From an uncultured Planctomycetaceae bacterium (GTDB taxonomy: Bacteria > Planctomycetota > Planctomycetia > Planctomycetales > Planctomycetaceae), in the NCBI GenBank assembly GCA_963976765.1, contig CAXBME010000018.1, positions 1 through 64,000 of the forward strand: 64,000 nt of DNA. The letters are read 5' to 3'. The notes below the pieces were generated by a model, which saw only the letters and a list, made by a program, of their open reading frames with translations, had not been told where the DNA came from and ran no database searches. The stretch's first letter is position 1, and the number at the start of each line of letters is the position of its first letter. The translations under genes and the position numbers were made by a program. This document shows positions 1 through 9,491 of the stretch, in pieces.

Positions 1-492
1 ACGTCCGCGCGAAGGCGGTCACGCAGGGGAAGATCGCGGACGTGCTGCAGGCTCGCGGCGAGCTGGACGAGGCACTCCGCATCAGCCGCGAGGAACAACT
101 GCCCGTGTACGAGCGGCTCGGCGACGTCCGCGGGAAGGCGGTCACGTCACGCAAGATTGCCGACATTCTTGCGAGTCGAGGTGAACTCGATGAAGCACTC
201 AGAATGTACCGCGATGAAGCACTTGGTCCGATTCGCGGGATGGGCCTTGTCGCCGATGAAGCCGTCTTTCACGGCTTGATCGCGGACGTGCTGCAGGATC
301 GGGGCGAGCTGGACGAGGCACTCCGCATCCGACGCGAGGAAGTACTGCCGGTTTGCGAGCGGCTCGGCGACGTCCGCGGGAAGGCGGTCACACAGGGGAA
401 GATCGCGGACGTGCTGCAGGATCGGGGCGAGCTGGACGAGGCACTCCGCATCCGACGCGAGGAAGAACTGCCGGTTTACGAGCGACTCGGCG
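1..492 (+). repeat. Intragenic tandem repeat, 123-nt period, about 4 units
   Basis: ACGTCCGCG recurs at 1, 124 and 370. A 65-nt exact match starts at 278 and at 401. Confidence 0.9.
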
Positions 493-671
493 CAACGCGT
501 GATCTGCTGATTTGCCGGTGGTGGATCGCAACGATTCTATTGGAGCGAAATGCCCCCGGCGATCGCGAGGAAGCGGAGGAATTGCTGCGTCAGGCTCACG
601 CGGCGGCGGAGAAAATGGGCATCCCCGAAGCCGGACGGATCCGCGAGATCATGGACGACGAAGGCTTCTGA
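3..671 (+). CDS. TPR-repeat protein, C-terminal part (5' truncated by window edge)
   Basis: Frame is open from position 3. 41-aa repeats of the form KAVTQGKIADVLQxRGELDEALRIRREExLPVYERLGDVR. Confidence 0.9.
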   Translation, partial: VRAKAVTQGKIADVLQARGELDEALRISREEQLPVYERLGDVRGKAVTSRKIADILASRGELDEALRMYRDEALGPIRGMGLVADEAVFHGLIADVLQDRGELDEALRIRREEVLPVCERLGDVRGKAVTQGKIADVLQDRGELDEALRIRREEELPVYERLGATRDLLICRWWIATILLERNAPGDREEAEELLRQAHAAAEKMGIPEAGRIREIMDDEGF

Positions 672-906
672 AATCTCACACAAAGGCACGAATGAGTAGT
701 TTGTCAGGATGTGCGGTGGGTTGTTTCCACCGGGAGGGCGAGGGAGTTTGTTCTGGAGTTTGACAGTCTGCGGAAGTGGTCGGTAGCGTGGGATGTCTGG
801 TTTGAATATGCCGATTTCAACGGTTTGATGGCCAGTCAGGAGTCTGTTGGGACAGGAGCCCGCCGAGACTTTTTTCGCTGCTGAAACTTGCCTGAAAGAA
901 CTCGCC

Positions 907-1785
907 ATGACCGACTTTCGATCTCGCTGGCTCGTGCTGTCTGCTGTTGGGACCGCATTTGTATTTTCACCGCTGCCCTCCGCCTGTGTTGCTGACGATG
1001 TCGCCCGCAGCGTCGAAGGTCGACAGGCGGAATGGACGATCACGATCGGCAGCGATAAAGCCGAAGCCAGCGAGTCGACCGGCATCGTGATTTCACCCTC
1101 CCGTCAGATCGCCGACGGGAAGACTTCTGAAAAGCAGGAAGACCCGATTCTGGTCGCGCCAGGTCCGGCCGCTCCAGCTGATGACGGACCACCGGAAGAA
1201 GCCTCGTCGACCACGAAGGAACCAGCCAGTCGCGGAGCAAAGAAGTCTGAAACGACTCCGATGGCAACTGAGACGGCCAGCGAAAAGGCTCGCGCAGAAT
1301 GGCAGAAGAAACGTCCGACGGAAGCACAGAAACGTCGACCAAAAGGTCAGACTCCTGTCCAGCCGAAGAAGGGCGTGTCAAAGACGTCAGACAGGCTGAA
1401 GCATGAAGCCACGAAGTCCAAAGCGTCAGGCGCAACGCCCGCTGACGACCGCTCTAAAGCTGCCGCTGCCAGGGCCGCAACCGCGAAACTGAAAACGGCT
1501 TCTGACCAGACTCGATCGAGTTCTGTCAGTCAGACCGCTGGTGTCAGAGATTCTCGAAGCTACCGCGAAATCTACAACTCGATTCCGTTCAGCCGGGCGG
1601 AATACGATGCCAATCCAGGCTATCGCCATCAGGCCACCATGGAAATTATGCTCGGACAACTTCACCCGATCGTCGTCACACCGCCGGTTCCAGCACAGCC
1701 GGAATCACGGCGGGAAGTCACGGTTCGGTTTCTGCCATCGATCCGACCGGGCTACCGAGCGTGGTCCCGGTACCCCTGGCACTGA
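907..1785 (+). CDS. Secreted hypothetical protein with low-complexity Lys/Ala/Ser/Thr middle and compact C-terminal domain
   Basis: ATG at 907 gives a signal-peptide-like N-terminus (MTDFRSRWLVLSAVGTAFVF...). C-terminal block SYREIYNSIPFSRAEYDANPGYRH. Confidence 0.7.
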   Translation: MTDFRSRWLVLSAVGTAFVFSPLPSACVADDVARSVEGRQAEWTITIGSDKAEASESTGIVISPSRQIADGKTSEKQEDPILVAPGPAAPADDGPPEEASSTTKEPASRGAKKSETTPMATETASEKARAEWQKKRPTEAQKRRPKGQTPVQPKKGVSKTSDRLKHEATKSKASGATPADDRSKAAAARAATAKLKTASDQTRSSSVSQTAGVRDSRSYREIYNSIPFSRAEYDANPGYRHQATMEIMLGQLHPIVVTPPVPAQPESRREVTVRFLPSIRPGYRAWSRYPWH

Positions 1786-2072
1786 CTTTCGGTGGCAAAG
1801 CTGTTTCGAGGAGTGAAGGCACGATGTTTGTTGCCGCTTGAATCAAAGTGGGCGGCACGACTTAAAAATCCTCTCGGGAAATCGTCCATTCCGCTCCGGT
1901 CCAGGTAAAGGATTCTGACGCGGCGATCGATAATACCAATCGGCGACCGTTTATTGAGCGGTCGCGTGAAGGATCTGGCGGGACGTCTCCTCGGGGACTT
2001 GATTGGCTGGCTCAGCCGAGCGGCGCGTCAATCCTCCGGTTAGCTGATGGTTCAACGGAGTGAGGCCAGACA

Positions 2073-2942
2073 TTGCTCAAAGCGCGACAGTACATCGGGA
2101 AGTATCGAATCGAGAAGCGGCTGGCTCTGGGAGGGTTTGCCGCAGTTTATCGAGCGTTGGATACGATCGAAGGAATCCGTGTCGCGCTGAAAGTTCCGCA
2201 CGATGAGCATGTCACCGAAGACGCCTTGCGGACGTTTCGCAACGAGGCAAGGCTGGCCTCAAAGCTCGACCACCCCAACGTGCTGCCGATCAAGGATGCC
2301 AGCATCATTGATGATCGTTTTGTGATCGCATCCCCGCTTGGTGAAGCGACGCTGCTTGATCGTTGGCAGAAGCGAATGACCATGCAGAAGCGCATGGAAC
2401 TGGTCCGGCAGATGCTGGCCGGCGTCGCTCACGCTCATGAGCGAAAAATTATTCACTGCGACATCAAGCCGGAAAACTTTATTCTGTTTCCCGGAAACAG
2501 GCTTCGACTGGCAGATTTCGGAATTGCCAGAATCGCCCGTCGAACAGTGCATGGATCCGGCTCGGGGACGGTCGGATACATGTCGCCAGATCAGGCGATG
2601 GGACGACCGTCGCTCCGTTCTGATGTGTTCTCGCTGGGTCTGTTGGTCTATCGATTGATGACCGGGCACCTTCCCGAGTGGCCGTTCGAATGGCCGCTGG
2701 CCGGGCACACTCGTCTGAAGCGATCGACGAGCGGCGACTTCATCATTTTTCTGCAGAAGTCGATCGAACTGAATCCTCGCCGTCGCTATGCCGATGCGGC
2801 GGAGATGCTCGCAGAGTTCGAGTTCGTTGCCGACACCGCGTTGAAGCCGGGACGAGCGAAAGCGACTGTTCGCAAAGCCCGCACCACCAATCGCCGCCGC
2901 CGAGTAACTCCCGCGCGACGACGGCGCCAACGCGCTGCCTGA
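2073..2942 (+). CDS. Hanks-type Ser/Thr protein kinase, cytoplasmic
   Basis: VALK, HCDIKPEN, ADFG, GTVGYMSPDQ and SDVFSLG motifs. TTG start after GGAGTGAGG. Confidence 0.93.
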   Translation: MLKARQYIGKYRIEKRLALGGFAAVYRALDTIEGIRVALKVPHDEHVTEDALRTFRNEARLASKLDHPNVLPIKDASIIDDRFVIASPLGEATLLDRWQKRMTMQKRMELVRQMLAGVAHAHERKIIHCDIKPENFILFPGNRLRLADFGIARIARRTVHGSGSGTVGYMSPDQAMGRPSLRSDVFSLGLLVYRLMTGHLPEWPFEWPLAGHTRLKRSTSGDFIIFLQKSIELNPRRRYADAAEMLAEFEFVADTALKPGRAKATVRKARTTNRRRRVTPARRRRQRAA

Positions 2943-3573
2943 CGAAATGCAGAGAGATTCAGAACTGAATCTCTGACCGAAATCTGCAATGAGAACGTGC
3001 TTGTCAGCATCGCATTGATTGTGCGATGAGTCGCCAGCCAATGCGTCTTCTGGTGGATTGATGGGACGACCAGGCACCAGTTCGTCAAGCTTGCCGGAAC
3101 CTGACGCAACGACATTTTGTTGACTTGAGAATGTCGGCAAAAACTCGATTGCGTTTCAGAAGCGCCTTGGTAAAGTCTGGACTGCCTTGTTCGAAACGGC
3201 CAGTTCAAGTCGCCAGACCGGGAGAAATTCAGATGACTCGCGAGCTTTTTTGTGTGACGTATAGCTGCTTTGAGTCAACTGAAATCGGGCGCGGTTGCCC
3301 CTCTCCTGATGAACCTGCAAAAGCCGACGAGGTGGGCCACTACTCTAACGGTGACAACGCTGCATCTGACTTTGACGCAACACTCTGAAAGTCGATTCGG
3401 CGTCTGAACACATCTGGCCAGCGTCTTCCTGCTGGCTGTTCCGAAGACGCGTGCTCCTCGCGGTGTAGTTACGAGACTGAATGCATCGCTCTGCTGCGTT
3501 CGGCTTCCTCTCTCACGGTTTCCAGCGTGAACTCTCGTAACGACTTCTGTCCTCTCAATGAAAGTATTTTGTC

Positions 3574-4506
3574 TTGGCTGATTCAGCGAAGTTTTCAAAT
3601 ATTCAGAGTAGTAGCAAATTCCAGTCATTCGACGACGAGTTATCGGATGCCCAACCGACAGTGGTACCTGGATTTTCGGTCAATCAGATGACGACTCTAC
3701 GAGCGTCGTTGGAAGAGGACCTGGCCGCTCGTGTGCAGGCAGGCGTGTCGGCAATTGGTTTGTGGCGGAAGAAAATCGACGAAGCTGGTGAGTCTGCGAC
3801 CGTGGAGGCCTTGCTGAAGTCGGGACTGGAAGTCACGACGCTCTCGTACGCCGGAGGCTTCAGCGGAAGCGCTGGTCTTCAGTTTCGAGAAGCACTGGAA
3901 GATGGATACGACGCTATTTTCACGGCGGCCGCCTGTGGAGCACGGACACTCATTATTTCGCCAGGGGCTCGCGCGCGTTACACCGCGCGGCATGAGTTTC
4001 GACTTGTGACCCAGGCAATCCGCGAACTGTCATTCATGGCGGAAGAGTTGGACGTTCAGCTTGCCCTGATGCCGAGAACCGCTCGACACGCGGGGCGGTG
4101 GACGTCGCTGCACACTCTTGAACAGGCCCTCGTTCTGTGCGATGCGACTGGACGACAGAATGTCGGCGTTGTGTACGACACATTTTATCTGGCGGAAGAC
4201 CACGACGCTTTGAACGTCGCTGAGAAGTGTGCTGAGAAAATCTTCGTTCTCCAGCTGAGCGATACATTGACTCCTGGTGGGGCTGAGTACGCTCAGTGTG
4301 TGCCTGGTACCGGGAATTTGCCGATCCAGGATACGATCCAATGCCTCTTCCAGAACGGGTTTGCTGGCGACGTTGATGTCCAGATCTTTTCGGAGCGACT
4401 TTGGAAAGAAGATGTCGCGGACTCGCTGGCCGCGTGCCAGCGTCAGGTTGAATCTTTGCTCCGAATCAGCCTGGCGGAATCGTCGATTTCTGTTGGTGCC
4501 CGATAG
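3574..4506 (+). CDS. Sugar-phosphate isomerase/epimerase (xylose-isomerase-like TIM barrel) family protein with degenerate active site
   Basis: Family pattern G..AIGLWR, VGVVYDT, QLSD, PGTG.LPI, GF.G. Start codon uncertain. Confidence 0.75.
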   Translation: MADSAKFSNIQSSSKFQSFDDELSDAQPTVVPGFSVNQMTTLRASLEEDLAARVQAGVSAIGLWRKKIDEAGESATVEALLKSGLEVTTLSYAGGFSGSAGLQFREALEDGYDAIFTAAACGARTLIISPGARARYTARHEFRLVTQAIRELSFMAEELDVQLALMPRTARHAGRWTSLHTLEQALVLCDATGRQNVGVVYDTFYLAEDHDALNVAEKCAEKIFVLQLSDTLTPGGAEYAQCVPGTGNLPIQDTIQCLFQNGFAGDVDVQIFSERLWKEDVADSLAACQRQVESLLRISLAESSISVGAR

Positions 4507-4729
4507 CATGTAGTTATCAGCAGCAGTTATCTCGTGAGAGACGGTCAGAATACCCCATCCGACTACCAATCACGCTGTGATTTCGTGAGAATCACCCCTG
4601 TTGTTGATTGAGCCGTCCCCGCCGGTGATGGTCACCTCGTCGTGAATCATCATTCCCTCATTCTTCCTTCCGCTGTTGTCCTGCCCGTACTGCTGGTCTG
4701 GTTTCAGTCCCGCCTCTGGAGCCCTCCTG

Positions 4730-5446
4730 ATGTCACACGAAGTCTTCTCGCTCGAAGAGTTAGCGCGGCACCTTGGCCGTGATCGTCGAGAAATTGAAAA
4801 ACTGGTAACGCGGGGCAGAATCCCTGGCAGGAAAGTTGGTGACGCCTGGCAGTTCCATTCGGTCGAGATCACGCGATGGCTCGAACAGGAAATGCGAGAA
4901 TACTCCAGCGCGGAACTCCGCACGCTGGAGATTTCTCAGCAGTCCGAGGACGTCTGCACCCAGTTACCTGTTTCATCAATGCTGCATCCGGAAACTGTCG
5001 CGGTGCCATTACAGGCTCGCACGAAAAGGTCGGTGCTTGAAGCGCTGCTGGAGGTGGCAGGTGGAACGTGGCAAATCTGGAGCCCCAGCGACATCCTGAC
5101 CGCAATTCAGCAACGTGAAGAACTAATGCCGACAGCGTATGCCGGCGGAGTGGCCATTCCCCACCCTCGAAATCCTCTACCGGATGCACATGGCGAGTCG
5201 ATCATCGCCTTTGGTCGAACAATGTCCGGCATCCCATTCGGAGCGCCGCACGGAGGCTTGACCGATCTATTTTTCCTCGTGCTTTGTAAAGACTCGAAAA
5301 GTCATTTGCAGGTTCTGGCGAGGCTCGGACGGATGCTGCAATTACCGGAGTTGACGGAGCAATTACGCGAGACAGAGGATCCTCGGTCAGCCTACGAGAT
5401 AATTTGCGAGACCGAACGCCAGATCGCCGCGCAGGATGGGGCGTAA
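4730..5446 (+). CDS. Excisionase-like HTH fused to PTS EIIA (Ntr/Fru-type) domain
   Basis: N-terminal FSLEELARHL...GRIPGRKVGDAWQF. EIIA motifs REELMPT..GGVAIPHPR and HLQVLARL. Confidence 0.88.
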   Translation: MSHEVFSLEELARHLGRDRREIEKLVTRGRIPGRKVGDAWQFHSVEITRWLEQEMREYSSAELRTLEISQQSEDVCTQLPVSSMLHPETVAVPLQARTKRSVLEALLEVAGGTWQIWSPSDILTAIQQREELMPTAYAGGVAIPHPRNPLPDAHGESIIAFGRTMSGIPFGAPHGGLTDLFFLVLCKDSKSHLQVLARLGRMLQLPELTEQLRETEDPRSAYEIICETERQIAAQDGA

Positions 5447-5514
5447 ATCAATATTCACGTCGCCTCACAAGCTCGTACGTCGTGCATTTTTCAGCGCTAC
5501 CGCTGGCACCAAAA

Positions 5515-6066
5515 CTAATCGTCAAAATCTGCAAGCGGGAGGACGTCGTCATCCTCGTCCTCAGCCAGCGGGATTGCAAAAGCCGAGCTGAACTCAACTC
5601 CGTCCGACGGACCTGCTTTTGACGGGTCCGATCGCTGTTTGAGGGCCGCCGATGCGGCCCGGACTGCCGACGGGTTGTGCTCAAACGAGTCGGACTGCGG
5701 AATATCCTCGAAGTCAATTTCAGCGACAGTGGCGTCTGCCCGTTGAACTTCGGGACGCTTCCTGACGATTTCCTGTTCTTTTACTTTGGTCAGAGTAAAG
5801 GGAAGATCGCCGATCATCAGCTCGTCACCGTTTCGCAGGCTGGCTGTGTGGCTGACCCGTTCCCCGTTGACCCAGACGCCATTCATGCTGTCCAGGTCAC
5901 GAACGACAAAGCGGTTATCCACAAGTGCGACACAGCAGTGCTTCCTGGAAATCTTTCCGCTGTTCTTCAGGATGACGTCGCAGTCGGGGTGCCGACCGAT
6001 CAGAAGGATCGGTTTATCGAGAATGATTGGGCGACCGCCCTGATGGGGTTTGAGCAGAATTGTCAT
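5515..6066 (-). CDS. FHA domain protein with acidic C-terminal tail
   Basis: IGRHPDCD, ISRKH, DLDSMNGVWVNG. Confidence 0.92.
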   Translation of the reverse strand: MTILLKPHQGGRPIILDKPILLIGRHPDCDVILKNSGKISRKHCCVALVDNRFVVRDLDSMNGVWVNGERVSHTASLRNGDELMIGDLPFTLTKVKEQEIVRKRPEVQRADATVAEIDFEDIPQSDSFEHNPSAVRAASAALKQRSDPSKAGPSDGVEFSSAFAIPLAEDEDDDVLPLADFDD

Positions 6067-6138
6067 GCAACTTCCGCGTTTGTGACACAGCTGTCGGGTG
6101 AGATGGCACCGCGTCCCAGAAGCAGAGAGCCTAACCGT

Positions 6139-7734
6139 CTATCGTATGATTTCGCAATCAGGGAGACGTTTTTGCAACTCCGCAACACCATCTTCGGTAA
6201 GTTTCGTCCCGAAAACATTAAGAACTCTGAGTTGTGGCGCATTGCAGACCAGTTCGACCAGCCCATCTCCGACAGGACAGTTTCTCAGGCCCAATTCCCG
6301 CAATCCTGAAAGGCCGGTTATCCACTCCAGGCCGGCCTCAGAGACCGAAGTTCGATCAAGCCACAACACCTGGAGCGATTCCAGTGACTGCAACGCCGGA
6401 ATGCTTGCATCTGTCAGTTGAGTTCCGCGAAGGCTCAAGGCATTCAGACTTTTCAGCTCGATGACAAACTTCAGACTCTGATCGTTCAGCAGAGTCCCGC
6501 TCAGCCCGATGCGTTCAAGTGCTCCCAGTCGTTTCAGGTGCTTCAGGCCGTGCCCCTGAATTCGAGTTCCGCTTAGCCCGAGTCCTTTCAGCTTTGTCAT
6601 CATTCCCAGGTGAGCCAGACCGCCGTCAGTAACGAGGGTGTCACCGAGGAACAATTCTTCGAGCTGCAGCAGACTTGCCAGATTGGCCAGCCCCCGATCG
6701 GTCACCGGAGTGTAGGCGAGATTCAGAACCTGAATGCTTGAAAGATCGCTCAGGTAACGCAGCCCTTCGTCGGTAACATTCGTCCCGAGAAGTCCCAGCT
6801 TCTTCAGATACTTGAGACTTCGCAGTGTCGTCAAACCTGCGTCTGGAAGCTGCCGATGATGGTAAAGGCTGAGGTCTTCAAGGCGATTGAGTTGCTTCAG
6901 ATATTCCAGACCGGCACGTGTCAGTTGCGCCTGATCAACGCGCAGTCTCACGACCTGATCGTTCTCGTTGGTTTCAACCTGCCCGATCGACTTCAAAGCC
7001 GCCATGACGTCGCCATTGTTGACTTCGACTGCTTCGAGCAGCGGGTCGGGCGAGTAAGCGATGAAGCAGTCTGGAAGTGCCACCTGGAGTTTTCGTACGC
7101 CGTCAGGGGTCACCATCGTCGTGCACACATCGAGCACCTGGAGTTTCGAAAGAGACTTCAGGTGTTGAATACCTTCGTCCGTCACTTGCTTGCAGAAGAC
7201 GAGACCGAGTAATTCAAGCTCCGGCATCGCGGTCAGATGAGGCAGTCCGCTGTCGGTGATGTCAGTGTAATCGAGGTTCAGGTTTCGGAGCTGTTTGAGT
7301 TCTGCCAGTTCCGCGAGGCTGGCGTCGCTGACGTCTGTGTCCGAAAGAATCAACATTCTAAGTGCAGGCAACTCTTTAAGAACTGAAAGACCGCCACCAC
7401 TGACTTTACACCCGCCCAGAATCAACATGTCGAGTTTCTGAAGCGTTGTCAGACAAGCCAGCCCTGCAGTTGTGACCTGAGTGGTCGACAAGTCCAGCGT
7501 TTCGAGAGAAGTCAATTCCGAGAGATACCGAAGTCCCGCATCGGTAATATCGGTGTCTGCAAGCGTGAGGCTTCTTAGATGAGGGTAGTTGCTGAGAACG
7601 CTGAGATCGTCATCACCGATCGGAGCTTCGGCAAGATCGATGAGCAGGACTTTGCCGCCGTCTTCGACAACTCTTGCCCCCATCCGGCTGAGAGTTTTTG
7701 TGGCTGCCTGTACAGAATCTGCATCGCCGGACAT
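6139..7734 (-). CDS. Leucine-rich repeat protein
   Basis: Many 24-aa LxxLxLxxTxVTDxGLxxL repeats. AGGA RBS upstream. Confidence 0.93.
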   Translation of the reverse strand: MSGDADSVQAATKTLSRMGARVVEDGGKVLLIDLAEAPIGDDDLSVLSNYPHLRSLTLADTDITDAGLRYLSELTSLETLDLSTTQVTTAGLACLTTLQKLDMLILGGCKVSGGGLSVLKELPALRMLILSDTDVSDASLAELAELKQLRNLNLDYTDITDSGLPHLTAMPELELLGLVFCKQVTDEGIQHLKSLSKLQVLDVCTTMVTPDGVRKLQVALPDCFIAYSPDPLLEAVEVNNGDVMAALKSIGQVETNENDQVVRLRVDQAQLTRAGLEYLKQLNRLEDLSLYHHRQLPDAGLTTLRSLKYLKKLGLLGTNVTDEGLRYLSDLSSIQVLNLAYTPVTDRGLANLASLLQLEELFLGDTLVTDGGLAHLGMMTKLKGLGLSGTRIQGHGLKHLKRLGALERIGLSGTLLNDQSLKFVIELKSLNALSLRGTQLTDASIPALQSLESLQVLWLDRTSVSEAGLEWITGLSGLRELGLRNCPVGDGLVELVCNAPQLRVLNVFGTKLTEDGVAELQKRLPDCEIIR

Positions 7735-8168
7735 AGCTGGTTCCTGGGTTAGCTGACGCGTTTCCGATGGGAGCTGATTCTATTGGGAATTCATGCCTGG
7801 AGAATGCGGGTTTCCCAGGAATTCGCGTTTCGATCATCTCCTGAAGCATTAACCGTAGACGTGTGACATCTCAGGAGAATGCGATACCGCCGCTGAATGG
7901 TCGCAGATTCCAAAGCAATCCACGCGTCTGCAGATGCTTCTCGCGAGGCAACTATTCGTCAGCCAGAAACCGATAAACATGCAGCTGGTAGCTGGAGATG
8001 TCTTCGCTGATCTGGCCCGAATGGATTTAAAGAATTTCGAGTACTCGACCGGTTAAACACAATAAACCGGCAACGCATCCTGACGCGACCGGTCTTCGTG
8101 TGAACGGACAACGAAACGCGTATTGAATTTGCGTGTTGTGACCAGCGTCCGCCCCCGTGACACAGTTC

Positions 8169-9491
8169 TCAAAGTCCGAGTCGGTTGAATCGATCTTCGA
8201 GTTCCGGCAGCAGTCCCTGGTGACGCTCCCACAACGACTTGAGTGCGTAAGTTTCGGGGATTGGCTTCTGCTGCAATTCCAGAATTTTCTGCCAGAGCAT
8301 GACAGCCCACAATCCCTCTTCGGCCGTCAGATCTTCGTCAGCCAGTTCAGGGTGCTTTTCGAGGATTGTTGAGTAAAGCCCCATTCCCCGTTGCAGCATT
8401 GGCAATGCTTTGGCCAGTTCGCCCTGTTTGTAGAGTTGCTCGCCTTCGTAGATGAGCTTGTGTGCCTCGCCGGTTTCCGGTTGCGATTCAGAGTGAGACC
8501 GACTCCGCCAGTAACGGTAATTGGTCGTGTGCTGGTAGTGGTTGAGCCACCTGTGGACAATCCGCTCATCGACATCGTTGTCCTCCGCCATCAGGCGAAC
8601 ATCGTCCTCATTCGCCTCCATGTAGAGTACGCATTCAGGGGCTTTGAACGTCATTTTCCCATAGCCTTGGGTCCACTCCGTGAATCCTTGCTCCCATGCC
8701 TGAACGGTTCTGCTGTCGAATTTGCCTTCCCGCTGAAGTGCGTCGGCGTAATCCAGCTGTGATCTCGTTGGGTAAGAGCGAAACAACGCCCGCATCATGA
8801 TGTGCTGGACCTTGGAGTCCTCGGCGGTGTTGGCATCGGTGTACCAATCTTTGGCCACCAGGTAATTATCTTTCTGTTCGGGGTTCACTTCGACATCCAC
8901 GCCGCCGCCAAACAGTTCCTCATTGGGATCGCTGAGGAAGTACTTTCGAAAATACTTCCACTCATCGCTGCGACCAACCTTCTGTCCCCAGACGCGACCG
9001 GTTTCCCAATAGAGTTCGGGGATATCAGCGTTCCGCCGTGTACCTTCCTGAGAGAACTTCCCGCCCTCTTTGACCCAGTAATATCGGTCAGGAACAGCGT
9101 CCCATTCGGCCGACACGTTGTAGGCCAGATTCCATGAAAGAAATCTCCAAACCTCAATGTAGTGAGGCTGCAGGGTGATCACCGCATCTGTTGTGGCTCG
9201 CAGCTCTGCCCAGTTCTTCGTGTCTTTGTAATGATCCAGATCCATACGAAGCATGTTGACTGCGACACCTCGCAGCCCGAGCAGCACCAGGTTCATCGTT
9301 GCGCTGGTAGGGTCGATCTGGCCAAGGTCGCTCTCCCCCAGGTCATGCTCGCTGCGTAAGCGGGCCAGTACGCCGCCGGAAGCTTCTGCCTGTTCGCTGG
9401 CGGGCATTCCGAGAATGACGATCGGGACCAGCAGCACGAGAATCCCAACAACACACGCCGTTTTCCTTTGTCGCGATGTGAGATTGTTCAT
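8169..9491 (-). CDS. Membrane-anchored TPR-like helical protein (PilG/XapA-like accessory of the ABC pair)
   Basis: N-terminal TM helix. LLGLRGVAVNML...ITLQPHYIEVWRFLSWNLAYN. Overlaps the permease stop by 4 nt. Confidence 0.65.
   Translation of the reverse strand: MNNLTSRQRKTACVVGILVLLVPIVILGMPASEQAEASGGVLARLRSEHDLGESDLGQIDPTSATMNLVLLGLRGVAVNMLRMDLDHYKDTKNWAELRATTDAVITLQPHYIEVWRFLSWNLAYNVSAEWDAVPDRYYWVKEGGKFSQEGTRRNADIPELYWETGRVWGQKVGRSDEWKYFRKYFLSDPNEELFGGGVDVEVNPEQKDNYLVAKDWYTDANTAEDSKVQHIMMRALFRSYPTRSQLDYADALQREGKFDSRTVQAWEQGFTEWTQGYGKMTFKAPECVLYMEANEDDVRLMAEDNDVDERIVHRWLNHYQHTTNYRYWRSRSHSESQPETGEAHKLIYEGEQLYKQGELAKALPMLQRGMGLYSTILEKHPELADEDLTAEEGLWAVMLWQKILELQQKPIPETYALKSLWERHQGLLPELEDRFNRLGL

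Noticed and set aside
1..492. Repeats as a CRISPR array
   Set aside because: The 123-nt period is in frame within a TPR coding sequence. No unique spacers and no cas genes.
760..789. TTGACA-N18-TAGCGT promoter
   Set aside because: Weak -10 and long spacer; not enough support to call.
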